The notes below the pieces were generated by a model that was not told where the DNA came from, did no database searches, and saw only the letters and a list, made by a program, of their open reading frames with translations. Made by a program: the position numbers and the translations under genes. From Tubiluchus corallicola (taxonomy: Eukaryota > Animalia > Priapulida), in NCBI GenBank assembly GCA_030141605.1, contig JAQGDQ010000484.1, positions 1-64,000 on the forward strand: a stretch of DNA of 64,000 nucleotides. Reading direction: 5' to 3'. Shown here one piece after another: positions 1 through 13,534 of the stretch. Positions within the stretch are counted from its first letter, which is position 1. Every line of letters begins with the position of its first letter.

Positions 1-823
1 AAAATTAAAATTAGTCCTCGTGAGATTATTTTTTCACACAGACTAATTACATCAAACAGTCCAACACTTTATTTCTCTCTGCACAAGTAACTAACCCCCT
101 TTATTAGATTTTTTTGTTAAATAAATGTGAGCGCTGCTTTAGTCTGCACTGAAAGTAGAAATTAACCTGCCTCGTGTTTGATCCTTCTACCTAAGAAGTT
201 AAAAATACTGTGTGAAGTACCACAGTTTGATAGGCGGAGAAATCCTTTATGATACTGTTGTGTTTTGTTTCTCTCGGAAGGCTCGTAGAGAAAACCAGAA
301 AACACTTCGTCAAATTAAACTAGTTTATTAAGCGAGAATTCTACAACACAAAAGTATGAAGGAACGCGAAATGATTACAGTAAACGTGAAAATCTGGAAA
401 ATGTTTAAGTGTATCTGAAAATACAAGTATACAAGAGAATGTGTAAGTGGCGTCCGTGTGAATCTGCGTGCTCCCGTCTCAGCGGCCTGCTTCGCCTTAT
501 AGAGCGCGCTGAAGAAACTTACAGAAGTAATGTTCCAGAACATTCCACACGGTAAGACGATCATTCCAACGGAACATTCTACATTGTTGTATGTAATTGT
601 AATAGACGTCAGCAATCTCCACAACAGATGCAAAGATATTAAGGATCATTTTAGCTGTTTTAATACGTTTATTACTTGGGTACATATATTAACCCGAACT
701 GGGGAAACAGTGCTTAACTTCTAGACTGCAATATCCGCTATGCATTATTACTCGTGGCAATTGGTAACGCCATTCATTACCATTACGGTGCCAGCACACA
801 AGAACAATGTACACAGGGCAGTA

Positions 824-1473
824 AGCCTTTTCACAGTTTCGTAGTGCACATGCGCATTTGCCGTAGGTCAAAGGTTAAGTGTACCACAGCAACGCATGTT
901 AACTACAACCGTCACGTGACTTTTGGGTAAAACCAAGCCATTAGTTTAGTAACTTCAGTTGTTTTATGTGGACTTTACTTAATTATGCATTAGTCTGTGT
1001 GTAGAATGATTTACTAGCAGGATCTTGCTTGATCCTTTTGCAGGTTCGTCGTGTGCACTGTTAAAGTAAAGCCGTCTGCCACATCAGTTCAGTAACTTCA
1101 GTTGTTTTACATTAACTCTACTTAATTGTGCATTAGTCTGTGTGTAGAATGATTTACTAGCAGGATCTTGCCTGATCCTTTTACAGTTTCGTCGTGCGCA
1201 CTGTTAAAGTAAAGCCGTCTGCCACATCAGTTCAGTAACTTCAGTTGTTTACATTAACTTTACTTATTTATGCGTTAGTCTGTGTGTAGAATGATTTACT
1301 AGCAGGATCTTGCTTGAGAACAGGAAACAATGAACTAGGTAAGGTTCTAGTTAGCTGTTAAAGCTGTTACTATTACAGCAGCTTGGGCTGCTATGCTTTG
1401 TCAAGTGTTGTCTGACACACTTAACCTTTGACCTTTCCACGATCATCATCAATCACTGGAACTGTGAGAAGGT
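824..1473 (+). mobile_element. MITE family A, copy with internal triplication of an ~128-bp segment
   Basis: TIR agccttttcacag...ctgtgagaaggtt, flanked by TA. Body shared with six other copies in the window. Confidence 0.8.
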
Positions 1474-3326
1474 TTATTAGAGAGACACCGTCATAGATTC
1501 TAAGATTTCAGCATCGATGCCACCCGCTATTTGGTCATTATATAAGGAAAAATGATGCTGAATATGTGAAACCTGCTGTTGCGAGGAGGTAATTTCCTCA
1601 CTCATTCAGAGCACAATGATCCGTGCTTTGCATCTTAACAGACAGAATGCATCTTGACGGGAAATTGGTTTAGAACGTTGGGGAAATTCATTTTCAGGTT
1701 TTAAGATTTTGCTCTGGTGGCGCTACCTGGTACTCCTTTCAAGCTTTAGAAACGCTTTTGTGTGCTCTTTAATACGTGCACACGAGTGCATATTGAAGTT
1801 AGTCTAGTCTTTTTAAGGCGAGTATTGACAAAAGAGAGTGTATATTGGAGGTGGTTTTCATTCAATGTGTATGTCCACATTGGAAGAAGAATGGGTACAC
1901 TACGTTAGGTCTTTCCACGAATGGTTTTGCACACAAATGTCTACATTGAAGTTGCTCTTTCCTAGAACACTTTTGTGCACAAGAGAATACTTTGAAGGAT
2001 AGTTTATCTAATAAAATATAACTTAGAGAAAGAGTAAGAATGACTGCATTTAAAAAGAAAAAAACCAAGCACTATACAATCTCGTGTAGCAGTATAAATG
2101 TTCGAAAAAGAAAATAAATTGACATACCTAAATATACCCGAGGTTTTCGGAATTTGACAGTTTATAAATATTAGGCTAATATAAGTGCCTGTGGTGTGCT
2201 AGTGTTATATGTGTACAAAATGTAATTGTTTGTGGTGGGTTACTTTAAGTACATTGCACTTGAACTTAAAAATCAATTAAAAATTAATTGAAATAGGAGA
2301 GTAGAGATTGTAAATGATGGATAAATTGAGGAAATTACGAAATTTGGCAATTTATAATCACTTACGTATGTGATGGTCTTAGATGATAATAAAGAAGAAT
2401 GATTGTTTCCGATTTTTATCATTAAAATTGATACACACGGCTGCCATTATTCTCCTTTTGATTTTGTTTTCCAAGAATTTGTTCAGAAGAACTATCATTT
2501 CAGTTTTTGGGTGCCGTAACTGTGCAGTGCTGCAAATGATATAATTAACATATTAATAATGGCGTGATTAACAAACTATTGTCATAATTTCCAGATTGGA
2601 ATTTCAGAAAACTTCATATTTCTTAGTCCAAAAATTGCTTGAAGGAGAGGAAGTAGGTGGTTATAAATAGAAATAGTTAAAAAGCACATTTATTTTAATA
2701 GATTTGTCATTCATTGTTGAAAATATAAAAAAAAACGAAGACTATAGACTGAAATATGTGTGTACTAGCTTTTTTCTAGGAAAAATTTTAATTTTGGCAA
2801 AAATAAAAACAGAATTTTGACTAGTACATCTGTGCTTCCATCTCTAATCTTTGCTTTATTTATATTAAAAGGATTAATTGCATTTTTGAATATACAATTA
2901 CGTGAACTTTGCAATGGAACTGGTGTATCATATGCATCTGGGCTAATTAATTATTTATTGCGGAAACTAAATTAGTTTTCCAGGTACATAATTTATTGGC
3001 TGCTTAAAAGCGAAGCTGCGCGTCTTTAACCCTTTACTGAGATGGTCACAGTTTCCTTGCGTGAAATCCTAATCTTACTCGGCAACAATTCTGCATATTG
3101 ATTTATGCTGCAATACCTGTCAACTTAATAAGCTCATTTTCCTCAGTTTTGCAATAATGTTTACACGCGAATCTCTAACCCTTTTCTCGGCTGCATGAGT
3201 TTTGTCGGTCACCTTCAGCGGGATAAAATAATGCCTGTTTTTTGAGCTCTTCTCATTATCAGATTTGTTTTGAATTCTAGTTGCTTCTCTGCTGCCAAAA
3301 TTAGACTGCAGGCCGTTTAAAGCTTT

Positions 3327-3700
3327 CTTCTTCTTCTTCCCAGCTTTTCCCTATTCTTGGTCGCCGTTGTGAATGAGTCTTCCGCACGCATTCCTGTTGT
3401 TGACCATCTCTTCATTTATGTCTTCAATTCCCACAAGATCTTCACCGACTCTTCTTTTCAGGTGTCCATACCATCGCAATCTTGCGAGGCTTCCACTACT
3501 TTTATCTCAACATCCTCATCTCCACCACATCCAGTTTCTTCTCTTCGGTCTTCTTTAGAGAAGCTGCTTCCAGCCCATAGATTAGAGCGGGTCTGCCCAC
3601 TTCTTTGTGGACTTCCTGACCCTAACCCTCCCTATTTATCCGGGCTTGGGACCAGCACTGAGTTGGGCTGGCTTGCCCCCCCCCCCCCCAGTGGCTAGGT
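3327..3700 (-). mobile_element. Degenerate RTE-like LINE-derived fragment
   Basis: Minus strand encodes RLRWYGHLKRR (typical RTE ORF C-terminus) and ends in a (GAA)n tail. Confidence 0.55.
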
Positions 3701-3729
3701 TAGGCCGTTTAAAGCTATTGCGCTTAATA

Positions 3730-4094
3730 AGCCACAGTTTCATTGTGCGGTTGAGGGTTATTTCTACCACAGCAACACGTCTTAACAACAGCCGGCACGT
3801 GACGCGTGGGTAAAGCAAAGTTGCGTGCCGCCTCAGTTCATTAACATCAGTTGTTTTCTGTAGGCTTTACAGAATTATACATTAGTCTGTGCGTAGAGTG
3901 ATTTACTAGCAGGATCTTGCTTGGAACAAGAAAAAATGAACTAGGTAAGGTTCCAGCTAGCTGTTAAAACTGTTACTATTACAATAGCATAGGCTGCGAG
4001 GCTTTGTCAAGTGTACACAAATGCGCTGTCTGGTACGCTTAACCTTTGAAGTTTTCACGATCATCATCAATCACTGGAACTGTGAAACGACTTA
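3730..4094 (+). mobile_element. MITE family A copy
   Basis: Same body (gatttactagcaggatcttgcttg...aatgaactaggtaaggtt...catcatcaatcactggaactgtg). Confidence 0.75.
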
Positions 4095-4139
4095 CTGTCG
4101 TTTTTTTTAGTATTCATTTGTGTGTTGTTTTCTGTGCTG

Positions 4140-4862
4140 TGAGGAATGAAAGTGAGATTGTTATTTTGCACAAAATAAAGGTATTAAAGCACACAAAAAC
4201 CCTCCACTTACATACACCTAAAAAAATCCGCTCGAAATTTTGTACCACTTGCATACTATCTTTTTGAATGCAAGGCTTGCATCGGCCGTAACGCTGTATA
4301 AAAGCTGTAAATTTAAACTCCCGCGATTAGCGTTAGACGCAGCCATTTTAATGGTCGGTCGTTTGAAACAAGTTTTGATAGCATTAAGTTAGGTTTGGAA
4401 AAATAATCAAAGCATTTGTAGCATAACATGTTGCTAATTAAGTAAAATTTTAAATTGCTGTGTCTTGTCAGTAAGATTAAAAATACATTTTTGGCTAGTG
4501 AGTGGCGAACAATGGAGGGTGAGTCAGCGACATTTTATCAATTGGCACAAACATTTAAAATTATTAGTTTAGTTACACAAGTCTTTAGGGCAGGTAAATG
4601 AAATGCTAAGTAATATAGATTTGTACTGAAAGTTTTTTGGGTCATAATTTAACATTGCCTTTTCTTCCCTTGATTTACGTGTTTTAGTGACGTTATGTAA
4701 TGGCGCCGTCGGAACAGCATTGCGGGAGATTTAAAATGCAAACAAACGAAAATTGCTTTCAACGCGAATACGATATGTGCATAAAACTGCTGTAAAGTAA
4801 AATAATTTTTTAAGGCGATTTTTCTGAAACCTACTTCAGGTACCCCTTTTCTTGCCCTTTGA
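4140..4862 (-). mobile_element. Non-autonomous DNA element, Kolobok-like (inverted partner of 53747-54430)
   Basis: ~700 bp reverse-complement similarity to 53747-54430, which begins ttaa|aggacaag. Confidence 0.7.
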
Positions 4863-6142
4863 CTATAAGCAAAGCACATAAGCAAAGTTGTGAACTGTTT
4901 TTGTCAGTATTTGTGCAGGTGCCTGTAGAGAGAATAGGCAACACATTTAATCATTGTAAGAAAAGATAAGTCTTGCATAAGGTAGGTGTAAGAAAGGCAC
5001 CCTGTGGTATACCATTTGTCACTGCCCCTAGTGTTATTTATATAAGCTTAAAGAAAATCATTGGATTGATACAGCTGGCCACACAGAGAAAATCACCCAG
5101 GCCTCCTGTCATTTCAAATAGTTCTGCTTTATTTTAATGCTTATCAGCGTGTTTGCTAATGCAGACACTTGATAATTTATTGTGCATTTATATATTTTTT
5201 GGCCTTTTCTTAGTACTGCCTAAAAATTTAAAATATTGCTTATTTGTTAAATCAGACAGTTATTTGTTTTCTGCTGTTATGATATTTGATGACAATATTT
5301 AGCTGCATATCTGACAACCATGATTCAAGTTAAATTTTTTCTTGCAAATGCTGTTTTTCTGAACATTAAAATGTTCTCTTTTCTCTTTTGTGCTTTGAAG
5401 CATATATAATTATGTTTAATGTTTGACTATATTTAGGAACGACTGGTTTTTGGTTGTTGTATTTTTGTTTTTTGTATTTATGGACGTTTATGTATTTTTA
5501 ATAGTTGTGTTCTACTGTCATTAGCGTCTTTTTGTTCACTGTCTTTCTGAGAAGGGTGGTTGACTCGCTAACCTTTGGTTTTTCGGCAGCCTTTCTCCCA
5601 TGTTCGTTTGTATTTATGTAAATTTTATTGTCAAATTATTGTAAATTTACGGAGAAAAATAAAAAATTACTTACTTACTTACTTCCTGTCTGAGTAACAG
5701 CCTGCTATCCTCATCATCACGGAGTTGTCGCTCGTACAAATGAAGGAGTTGACTTATGTAGGTCTTCAGAAACGTGTCTTATTTGTCCTACAGTGAAGAA
5801 GATGAATTTAGCTGGCTTGATTTAGCGCTAGTCGCTTACAACTCGAACAAGTAATTCTACTAAACGACGTTAAGGATTGAAACCCAGTTTGAGTGCAGAT
5901 GGCTGTGTCATGTAAATCAGGCTTTAACGCTTTTATAGTTTCTCTGTTGCTACTGGGGTGTTAAATCCGTCGAGGAAATGTGTTTGAAAGATGAATTATT
6001 AACCAGTAAGGTTTTGTGTGCAATGAGTATTTATTTTTCTTTGTAGAGTAATTAGATCAACTGCCATTTGTTTTTTTATTCCAAGAGTTTCATTGTTTTG
6101 ATTTGTTTGTTTAGATTTTCTGTCTCTTTTGCTTTTGATTAT

Positions 6143-6530
6143 TGAGGGAGCGGGTGAGCATTCTCTACAAGAAAGCGAATTCGAATCGAATCGAATTTGT
6201 GACTTTCGAATTCGAATCAGACCGAATTTCAGTATTTGGAATTCGAGTCGAATTCGAATCGAGTTTGAAAGATTTTCGAACAAGTTTTCGAATCAGTAGC
6301 AAAAGTGGTCTTACAAAGATCATGCATATTACTTGACTTTGTTTTGCTGCAAAACTATTATTGGTTTGTTAAAAATTTTGCGCTGCAGCCAAATTGTGCT
6401 AATTGCATTTTAATGATAAAGAGCATATGTGGCTGAAGTGCTGAATTATTCAAATCTATAATTTTATGTTGGAATCAAATTCAAATTAAATTCTTTTGAA
6501 TTGAATCCGAATGTTCGATGCTCACCCATA
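6143..6530 (+). mobile_element. hAT-type MITE family B (TTCGAA-rich subtermini)
   Basis: TIR gggtgagcat/atgctcaccc with 8-bp TSD TTGATTAT at 6135-6142 and 6531-6538. Other copies at ~9043-9445, 21640-22065, 24188-24620 and an inverted fragment at ~7260-7390. Confidence 0.8.
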
Positions 6531-6574
6531 TTGATTATTATACATAGTTTTTCACTGGTCATTAAAAGCAAATC

Positions 6575-6975
6575 ATTAAGCTGAAATCGATGCGTTTCAA
6601 AGGCGAAATTACAGAAACATTTTGGGTATTAGATGGCCAAAGAAAATTTCAAACAAAGATCTATATGAAAAAATAAAAGAAGAACCTTGGACAAGAAAAA
6701 TAAAAAGATGCCCTTTAAGATGGATTGGGCACATGCTTAGACTACTTGATGATATTCCAGTGAAGATAGCTCTTCAACAAACTATAGAACCAGCTAAAAA
6801 ACCTGCAGGAGGACAAATGTTAATATATTTAGATTTTCACAGAAAGATTTAAACACTTCAGCATTAATCCTTAGAAATAAATCCACTTGGGTCATTGCGG
6901 CGAGTAGGCAGTCCTGGCATAGAGAGGTGAGCAGAATCATGTCCCTGAGCGTGTGATTCATAGAAGAAGAAGAAG
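6575..6975 (+). mobile_element. 5'-truncated RTE/RTEX-like LINE 3' end
   Basis: IDAFQRR..RNILGIRWPKKISNKDLY...LRWIGHMLRL...VKIAL, followed by a (GAA)n tail. Confidence 0.8.
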
Positions 6976-7459
6976 TGGTCAGAAACATCCAGTTTGCACT
7001 CTTTTCAGCAAAGCCATTTTTCAAACCCTTATGTTATAAAGTTTTTAGCCTATGAACATGGAGTGACCGGTGGTATTCAAGTCACAGGAAAATCTCACGG
7101 AAAAAGCCACAATTTTAGCTAGGAAAAAAGTCACGAATTGCAACTATATCGTATATAAATTTTTCTTAAATATTCTAGAGTCTTAATCGGTTAAACCCTT
7201 GTGTTGAATTATTTTACGTTTGTAATTTTGCTATTAAATGTCATATAATTCAGTACTTAGGATTCGATTCGAACCTAAATTTATAGATTTCAATAATTCA
7301 GCACTTCAGCCACATATGTTCTTCATCATTAAAATGTTTGAAACATCATGCAATTAACACAGTTTAGCTGCAGTGCAAAATAAATTCGAAATCAACTTAA
7401 AAAAAGGTAAGCCATTTGTGATTGAGTCAATTTGTCATGAATCTCTTACATACTCATAC

Positions 7460-7919
7460 TGTTGTTGGCATCCTTCTGTCTCGGAAGATAATGAAGTGTG
7501 CGCCAAGAGAGTCAGTTATTGATCACATTGATGGAACTGCAGTGTCGACTGTGGCTGAGCAGTCCGATCCTTGAACGTCTCCAGGGCGCATGCCTGGGCA
7601 AGGTGTATGGAGATCCTGAGTTGCCCAGACAACAGGAACCCCCTGTCTTCCTCCCTGGAGTAGTCCAAAGGAAAGCAGAGCGATACGTTTGGCACCAGGT
7701 TGGCTGCACGAGCTGCCGGAGTCAGTGAGTTTGCTGCACTGGTCCGCCTTTGGGGCTCCACTCCTGATTTGGAAGGTTTACTCCTCTACACATGGCCGTT
7801 GGGTCACTTGACCTCCTCCGCCCTCTAGCCGTTGACTGCTTGTGCAACTCCTTTGCCTAGTGTCGAGATACAGTGTGGTATCCCGCCAGCCTACAGCACC
7901 TGGTATTCCTAGCCGGTCT
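7460..7919 (-). mobile_element. SINE-like element with a 5S rRNA-derived head fragment and an RTE-like body/tail
   Basis: Reverse complement of 7888-7919 is AGACCGGCTAGGAATACCAGGTGCTGTAGGCT, the 3' end of 5S rRNA. Ends ...GGATGCCAACAAC. A second, internally deleted copy lies at 62252-62535. Confidence 0.7.
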
Positions 7920-9042
7920 TTATTTGCATTGTAGAATTTTCTGTTGCGTTTCATTTCTTTTTATTTGTCGGAAAATGGCCGTGAGTTAACTTTATCTTTG
8001 GAATATATCCACAATAAATGAAATTTTTACTGCTACTACTACCTGGTTGCGAGAATCCGGATTCTATTCAAACAATTTATGTGATAATACGCTCACAGAA
8101 GCTTTACGATTGTTACCGTTTTGATGGGTTCTGAGTACTCTACGTGACAAGTTTTAAGGCTAGAAGAGACCATATATTTCTCTCCGTTACAGTGGCTTGC
8201 ATTTGAGAACCTCTAATACAAGCATTTCCCTTGGGTTCAACACAAAATTATTCCATTCGGTCACGGCAGTTCCTACCCGAAGGTTTTGTAGCAAAGTCAC
8301 ATTAGTCTTCGCTGAAAGAGCATCTCAATCAGCCACTTGTTCAAGAATTAGACCTTTTATTGTTGATGACTGGTGCCTCTCTAGGGATATTACATTAACA
8401 ACCCACATGTTTAACCATTGCGTTCTGTCATGGATATGCATTATATCATGGTGAATACATTGGCTTTCACTGTACTACTCACTTAAGGATAGCAGAATAG
8501 GTGGCTTTATAGTCGTTTCGCTATCATTTCTCTAGTTCTAGATCTATGTATTCATTTTAACCATTCTTCAAAACTTATTAGCGATTCTTTTATTAATCAT
8601 GTTATATTGTAGTATTATAAAGAGAAATAAATTACATTTGAACTGAAATTGAAATTTCACTTTTCATAATAGAATCAGATTCATACAACTCTGTGAAAAA
8701 TAATGAAAAAGCACTACTTCCAATATCTGAACATTATGTAGGTGTTTTGATGGTATAATTTCCTGATGTAAGTTCTTCACAGAGCCAATTTTGGATACAC
8801 CATTACAGGCGATTCACAGTGGCTATTCTAATATTTCTATCAGGCTCCTGTATATCCACATCATAAAGGAGCAAGCCAAAAAGAGAACTGTATCCTGTCA
8901 CGCTGTTGTTCTTACACCCTCTACGTTGAGCCCCATAATTTCTCTAAATTTTATCACTTGTCTGATCCAAGCTTTGACTTACTAGTGTGCCTGTGTTTAC
9001 TGAACATAGCAGCTGTAAGACTGTAAATCTAGGAGTACTGAT

Positions 9043-9445
9043 GGACATTCTTTACGAGCAGACAAATTCGAACTCAGACTTTCAAACTCGAATTAGACCG
9101 AATTGCGAGATTTCAAATCTGAATCAAATTCGCATTCAGTTTTAAAGATTTTCGTATAAATTTTCCAATCATTAATAAAAAGCTGTCTCGCAAACGTCAT
9201 AATGCATATTACGTAATTACTGCACATTTGCAGCAAAAAACGTTAGTAATTCGTTTAAAAATTGTGCACCGAAATCACAGCTAAATTGTGCCGACTGCAT
9301 GCTGTCTTAATGATAGAGATTGTTCGTCGTTAAAGCGCTAAATTATTCGAATCCATAATTTTAGGTTCCAATCCAACCTGAACTAAAAAAACTCATTTGA
9401 ATCGAATTCAAACATTTGAATTTGATCATTCGATGCTCGTCCTTA
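9043..9445 (+). mobile_element. hAT-type MITE family B copy (diverged)
   Basis: Same ttcgaa-rich ends and internal ctaaattgtg...attattcgaatc segments. Confidence 0.65.
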
Positions 9446-9704
9446 TCCAGGAAGATCATCTTGATGCTTGATCATAAACCCAGCTTGAACTGCTTGCACT
9501 ATTGGCTTTGGAGATATAAAGTTAACTGTTTGGACAAAAATTTCTACAAAGTCTCCCCGTGGGCATTTTCTTTGCACAGGTAGTAATAAATATCTTATGC
9601 CAAGATCCCATTTCATTGACCAAGTACCACAAAGCTTTTCACTGTGGTGGCAACTTTTGCAGCTAGATTGGCTTATTGCTTACTACTTTATCATTAAATT
9701 AATT

Positions 9705-10000
9705 AAACTCAAAAACTCATTAACCTCGCCGCTCATGATGCTGCGAGATGCTGATCTTTTGGATGAGTTAAATCACTAAATCCGTTCGAAAAGTTGCGTA
9801 TTCTAGATTATCTTTTGGATTTGACCTTGTCCTGAATTTCTTCACTGATCTTTTGGATTTGTCTTTGTCCCGAATTACGTCACTGATCTTTTGAATTTGA
9901 CCTTGTCCCGAATTACGTCACTGACCTTTTGGATTTGACCTTGTCGCAACTTGCGTCATTGATTTTTTTGGATTTGACCTTGTCCCGAATTGCGTCAACG
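9705..10000 (+). repeat. Dispersed repeat with internal ~38-bp tandem units (copy 1)
   Basis: aaaaactcattaacctcgccgctcatg... followed by ctgatcttttggatttgaccttgtcccgaattacgtca units; copy 2 at 13535-13890. Confidence 0.75.
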
Positions 10001-10909
10001 ATGTGTAGAGTATGACTGAATGCAAAATTGTAATCTGACTTGAAAATAAATGAGATTGTGTGACTGAGCTGACAATTCTCGGCACAGCAACATGGGACCT
10101 CTTATTTCATCTGTTAATCCCACCCATAGTTTACTACCCACTCTGCTACTTTTAAAGTTTCTAGCTCTTCCACTGTAACACGGAAAAAAATTTTAAGGTG
10201 GCAATCATGACAGCAAGGTGGGTTATCTTACTCGTATCTGCTAATTCAATCTGCTCAATGCAGGTAATACTAGTAAGGTAAGAAATATTACTTGCATAGC
10301 CAGTAATCTATTGCAGTATTCCTCAAGGATTTATATTGGTGCCATTATTGCTTATATTTTATATCAAGGAGGTTTTCATTAATTTCGCTGTCACGGTTTG
10401 TGGGAAGCCACAGAATCTTAGTAAGATAAAGAAAAGTAATATTGCTTTTACCCAATTCCAGGTGATCTCCGACTTTAGCTCTTACACTGTAAGTCTGTAA
10501 TGAAGCCATGTTATGGCTTCGGTATTCACGAACGATTGTGCTTGCGGAATTAGCCATATTAGTATTGATAGCTACAACTTACCAACTGTCAGTGTTATGA
10601 ATCTATGAATCCGCTGGGAGATTAGCTGTATAATTATTGATAACTAATTACCCACAAGTAGCCATAGTTATGAGAGTAAGCATGTGAAATATATGCTGGA
10701 CGTTTGTGACTAGACTGGAGGTTGGAGGTGGACAATAATTTTTTGTCAAATGAGCTAATCTTTCCTGACAGTGAATAGTGCTCTTTTTAAAGTAAAACTA
10801 AGCGGATGCTTTGAAGTACTGGATGCTGTCTCACGTGTTAGTTTTGTTTTACTTACGCATCATTTTCTTTTAAACATGAAGTTTATGCATTTATAAAATA
10901 CAATAGCTT

Positions 10910-12898
10910 AAGAGTCGGAATTGTGGAGGGCTCCAGAGACAGAATTGCGGAGGGCTCCAGAGACAGAATTGCGGAGTGCTCCGGATAGCTCTTAGAAGGC
11001 GGTGTTGCAGAGTGCTTTAGATAGCTCTCAGAATCGGAGTTGCAGAGTCCAGAGTCCTCCAGATAGCTTTCAGAGTTGGAGTTGCAGAGTGCTCCAGGTA
11101 GCTCTCAGAGGTGGAGTTGCACAGTCCTCCAGATAGGTTTCAGAGGTGGAGTTGCACAGTCCTCCAGATAGGTTTCAGAGGTGGAGTTGCAGAGTGCTCC
11201 AGGTAGCTCTCAGAGGTGGAGTTGCAGAGTGCTCCAGATAGCTCTCAGAATCGGAGTTGCAGAGTCCTCCAGATAGCTCTCAGAGTTGGAATTGCAGAGT
11301 CCTCCAGATAGCTTTCAGAGTTGGAATTGCAGAGTGCTCCAGATAGCTCTCAGAATCGGAGTTGCAGAGTCCTCCAGATAGCTCTCAGAGTTGGAATTGC
11401 AGAGTCCTCCAGATAGCTTTCAAAGTTGGAATTGCAGAGTGCTCCAGATAGCTCTCAGAGGTGGAGTGGCAGAGTGCTCCAGATAGCTTTCAGAGTTGGA
11501 ATTGCAGAGTGCTCCAGGTAGCTTTCAGAGTTGGAATTGCAGAGTGCTCCAGATAGCTTTCAGAGTTGGAATTGCAGAGTGCTCCAGATAGCTTTCAGAG
11601 TTGGAATTGCAGAGTGCTCCAGATAGCTTTCAGAGTTGGAATTGCAGAGTGCTCCAGATAGCTTTCAGAGTTGGAATTGCAGAGTGCTCCAGGTAGCTTT
11701 CAGAGTTGGAATTGCAGAGTGCTCCAGGTAGCTTTCAGAGTTGGAATTGCAGAGTGCTCCAGGTAGCTTTCAGAGTTGGAATTGCAGAGTGCTCCAGATA
11801 GCTTTCAGAGTTGGAATTGCAGAGTCCTCCAGATAGCTCTCAGAGTTGGAATTGCAGAGTCCTCCAGATAGCTCTCAGAGTTGGAATTGCAGAGTCCTCC
11901 AGATAGCTCTCAGAGTTGGAATTGCAGAGTGCTCCAGATAGCTTTCAGAGTTGGAATTGCAGAGTGCTCCAGATAGCTTTCAGAGTTGGAATTGCAGAGT
12001 GCTCCAGATAGCTTTCAGAGTTGGAGTTGCAGAGTGCTCCAGATAGCTTTCAGAGTTGGAATTGCAGAGTCCTCCAGATAGCTCTCAGAGTTGGAATTGC
12101 AGAGTCCTCCAGATAGCTTTCAGAGTTGGAATTGCAGAGTGCTCCAGATAGCTTTCAGAGTTGGAATTGCAGAGTGCTCCAGATAGCTTTCAGAGTTGGA
12201 ATTGCAGAGTGCTCCAGATAGCTTTCAGAGTTGGAATTGCAGAGTGCTCCAGATAGCTTTCAGAGTTGGAATTGCAGAGTGCTCCAGGTAGCTTTCAGAG
12301 TTGGAATTGCAGAGTGCTCCAGGTAGCTTTCAGAGTTGGAATTGCAGAGTGCTCCAGGTAGCTTTCAGAGTTGGAATTGCAGAGTGCTCCAGATAGCTTT
12401 CAGAGTTGGAATTGCAGAGTCCTCCAGATAGCTTTCAGAGTTGGAATTGCAGAGTCCTCCAGATAGCTTTCAGAGTTGGAGTTGCAGAGTCCTCCAGATA
12501 GGTTTCAGAGGTGGAGTTGCAGAGTGCTCCAGATAGCTTTCAGAGTTGGAGTTGCAGAGTCCTCCAGATAGCTCTCAGAGTTGGAATTGCAGAGTCCTCC
12601 AGATAGCTTTCAGAGTTGGAGTTGCAGAGTCCTCCAGATAGCTCTCAGAGTTGGAGTTGCAGAGTCCTCCAGATAGCTTTCAGAGTTGGAGTTGCAGAGT
12701 GCTCCAGGTAGCTCTCAGAGGTGGAGTTGCACAGTGCTCCAGATAGGTTTCAGAGGTGGAGTTGCAGAGTGCTCCAGATAGCTCTCAGAGGTGGAGTGGC
12801 AGAGTGCTCCAGATAGCTCTCAGAGGTGGAGTTGCAGAGTGCTCCAGGTAGCTCTCAGAGGTGGAGTTGCAGAGTGCTCCAGGTAGCTCTCAGAGGTG
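10910..12898. repeat. 35-bp minisatellite, ~55 units
   Basis: Unit cagagttggaattgcagagtgctccagatagcttt, head-to-tail with no spacers. Confidence 0.97.
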
Positions 12899-13534
12899 AA
12901 AATTGTGAAATGCATACGCTGACACAAGTGTTTTTGAAATGAGAAGAATTAAACTGGTCTCATTGACATGAAGTAAACAGTGTTTTAAAGCAATTTTTGA
13001 AAATTATACAAACTGTTAAGTGTGTTTGAAAAATTGGATTCGATGTCATGTTCTTCCTCGTATGTTTTCTGTGCAAAGTTGCGTGACAAAGAGAAAGACA
13101 GATAGACAGACAAAGGTGTTGCCGATGTAGCGTACTTCAATGATTTAAGCCCGTGCTTCGAATCACTTTAAAGCTTTTTTACGAGGCTTTGCTCTCGTGT
13201 GATTTGGTGTCATTTGAAGTTCGCCGACTTTACGGATTTCACTGCTTTTGAGTGCACCGCCTAAATCATTTTGAGATTTTACACAGCTGCTTCTGACTAC
13301 GCTGTGATTTACTGGATTCACTTTGCTTCTAGCGAAATGAGTTGGCGATTACTGAGTCTTTCCTTTATTGGTAATTAGGCTTAGAATTGATTTAATCTCT
13401 GATAACGGAATCCTCTTATTAACCTAGATCTGTTTGCTAGCTGTGAGCGTAGCAGTTTTTTTTCATTTCGCTACTGTTTTGTTTTTCAATGCATATATTG
13501 CTATGATTGTAATTCTAGTTATATAAATTAATTA

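Noticed and set aside
6170-6295. Heat-shock element cluster (GAA/TTC-rich)
   Set aside because: Spacing is mostly TTCGAA or GAATC rather than nGAAnnTTCn, and the tract is the subterminal repeat region of MITE family B.
7888-7919. Functional 5S rRNA gene
   Set aside because: Only ~32 nt of the 3' end is present, fused to a repeat body.
10910-12898. CRISPR-like array (35-bp repeats with a small palindrome)
   Set aside because: Units are contiguous with no unique spacers, there are no cas genes, and the context is a eukaryotic intron-containing genome.
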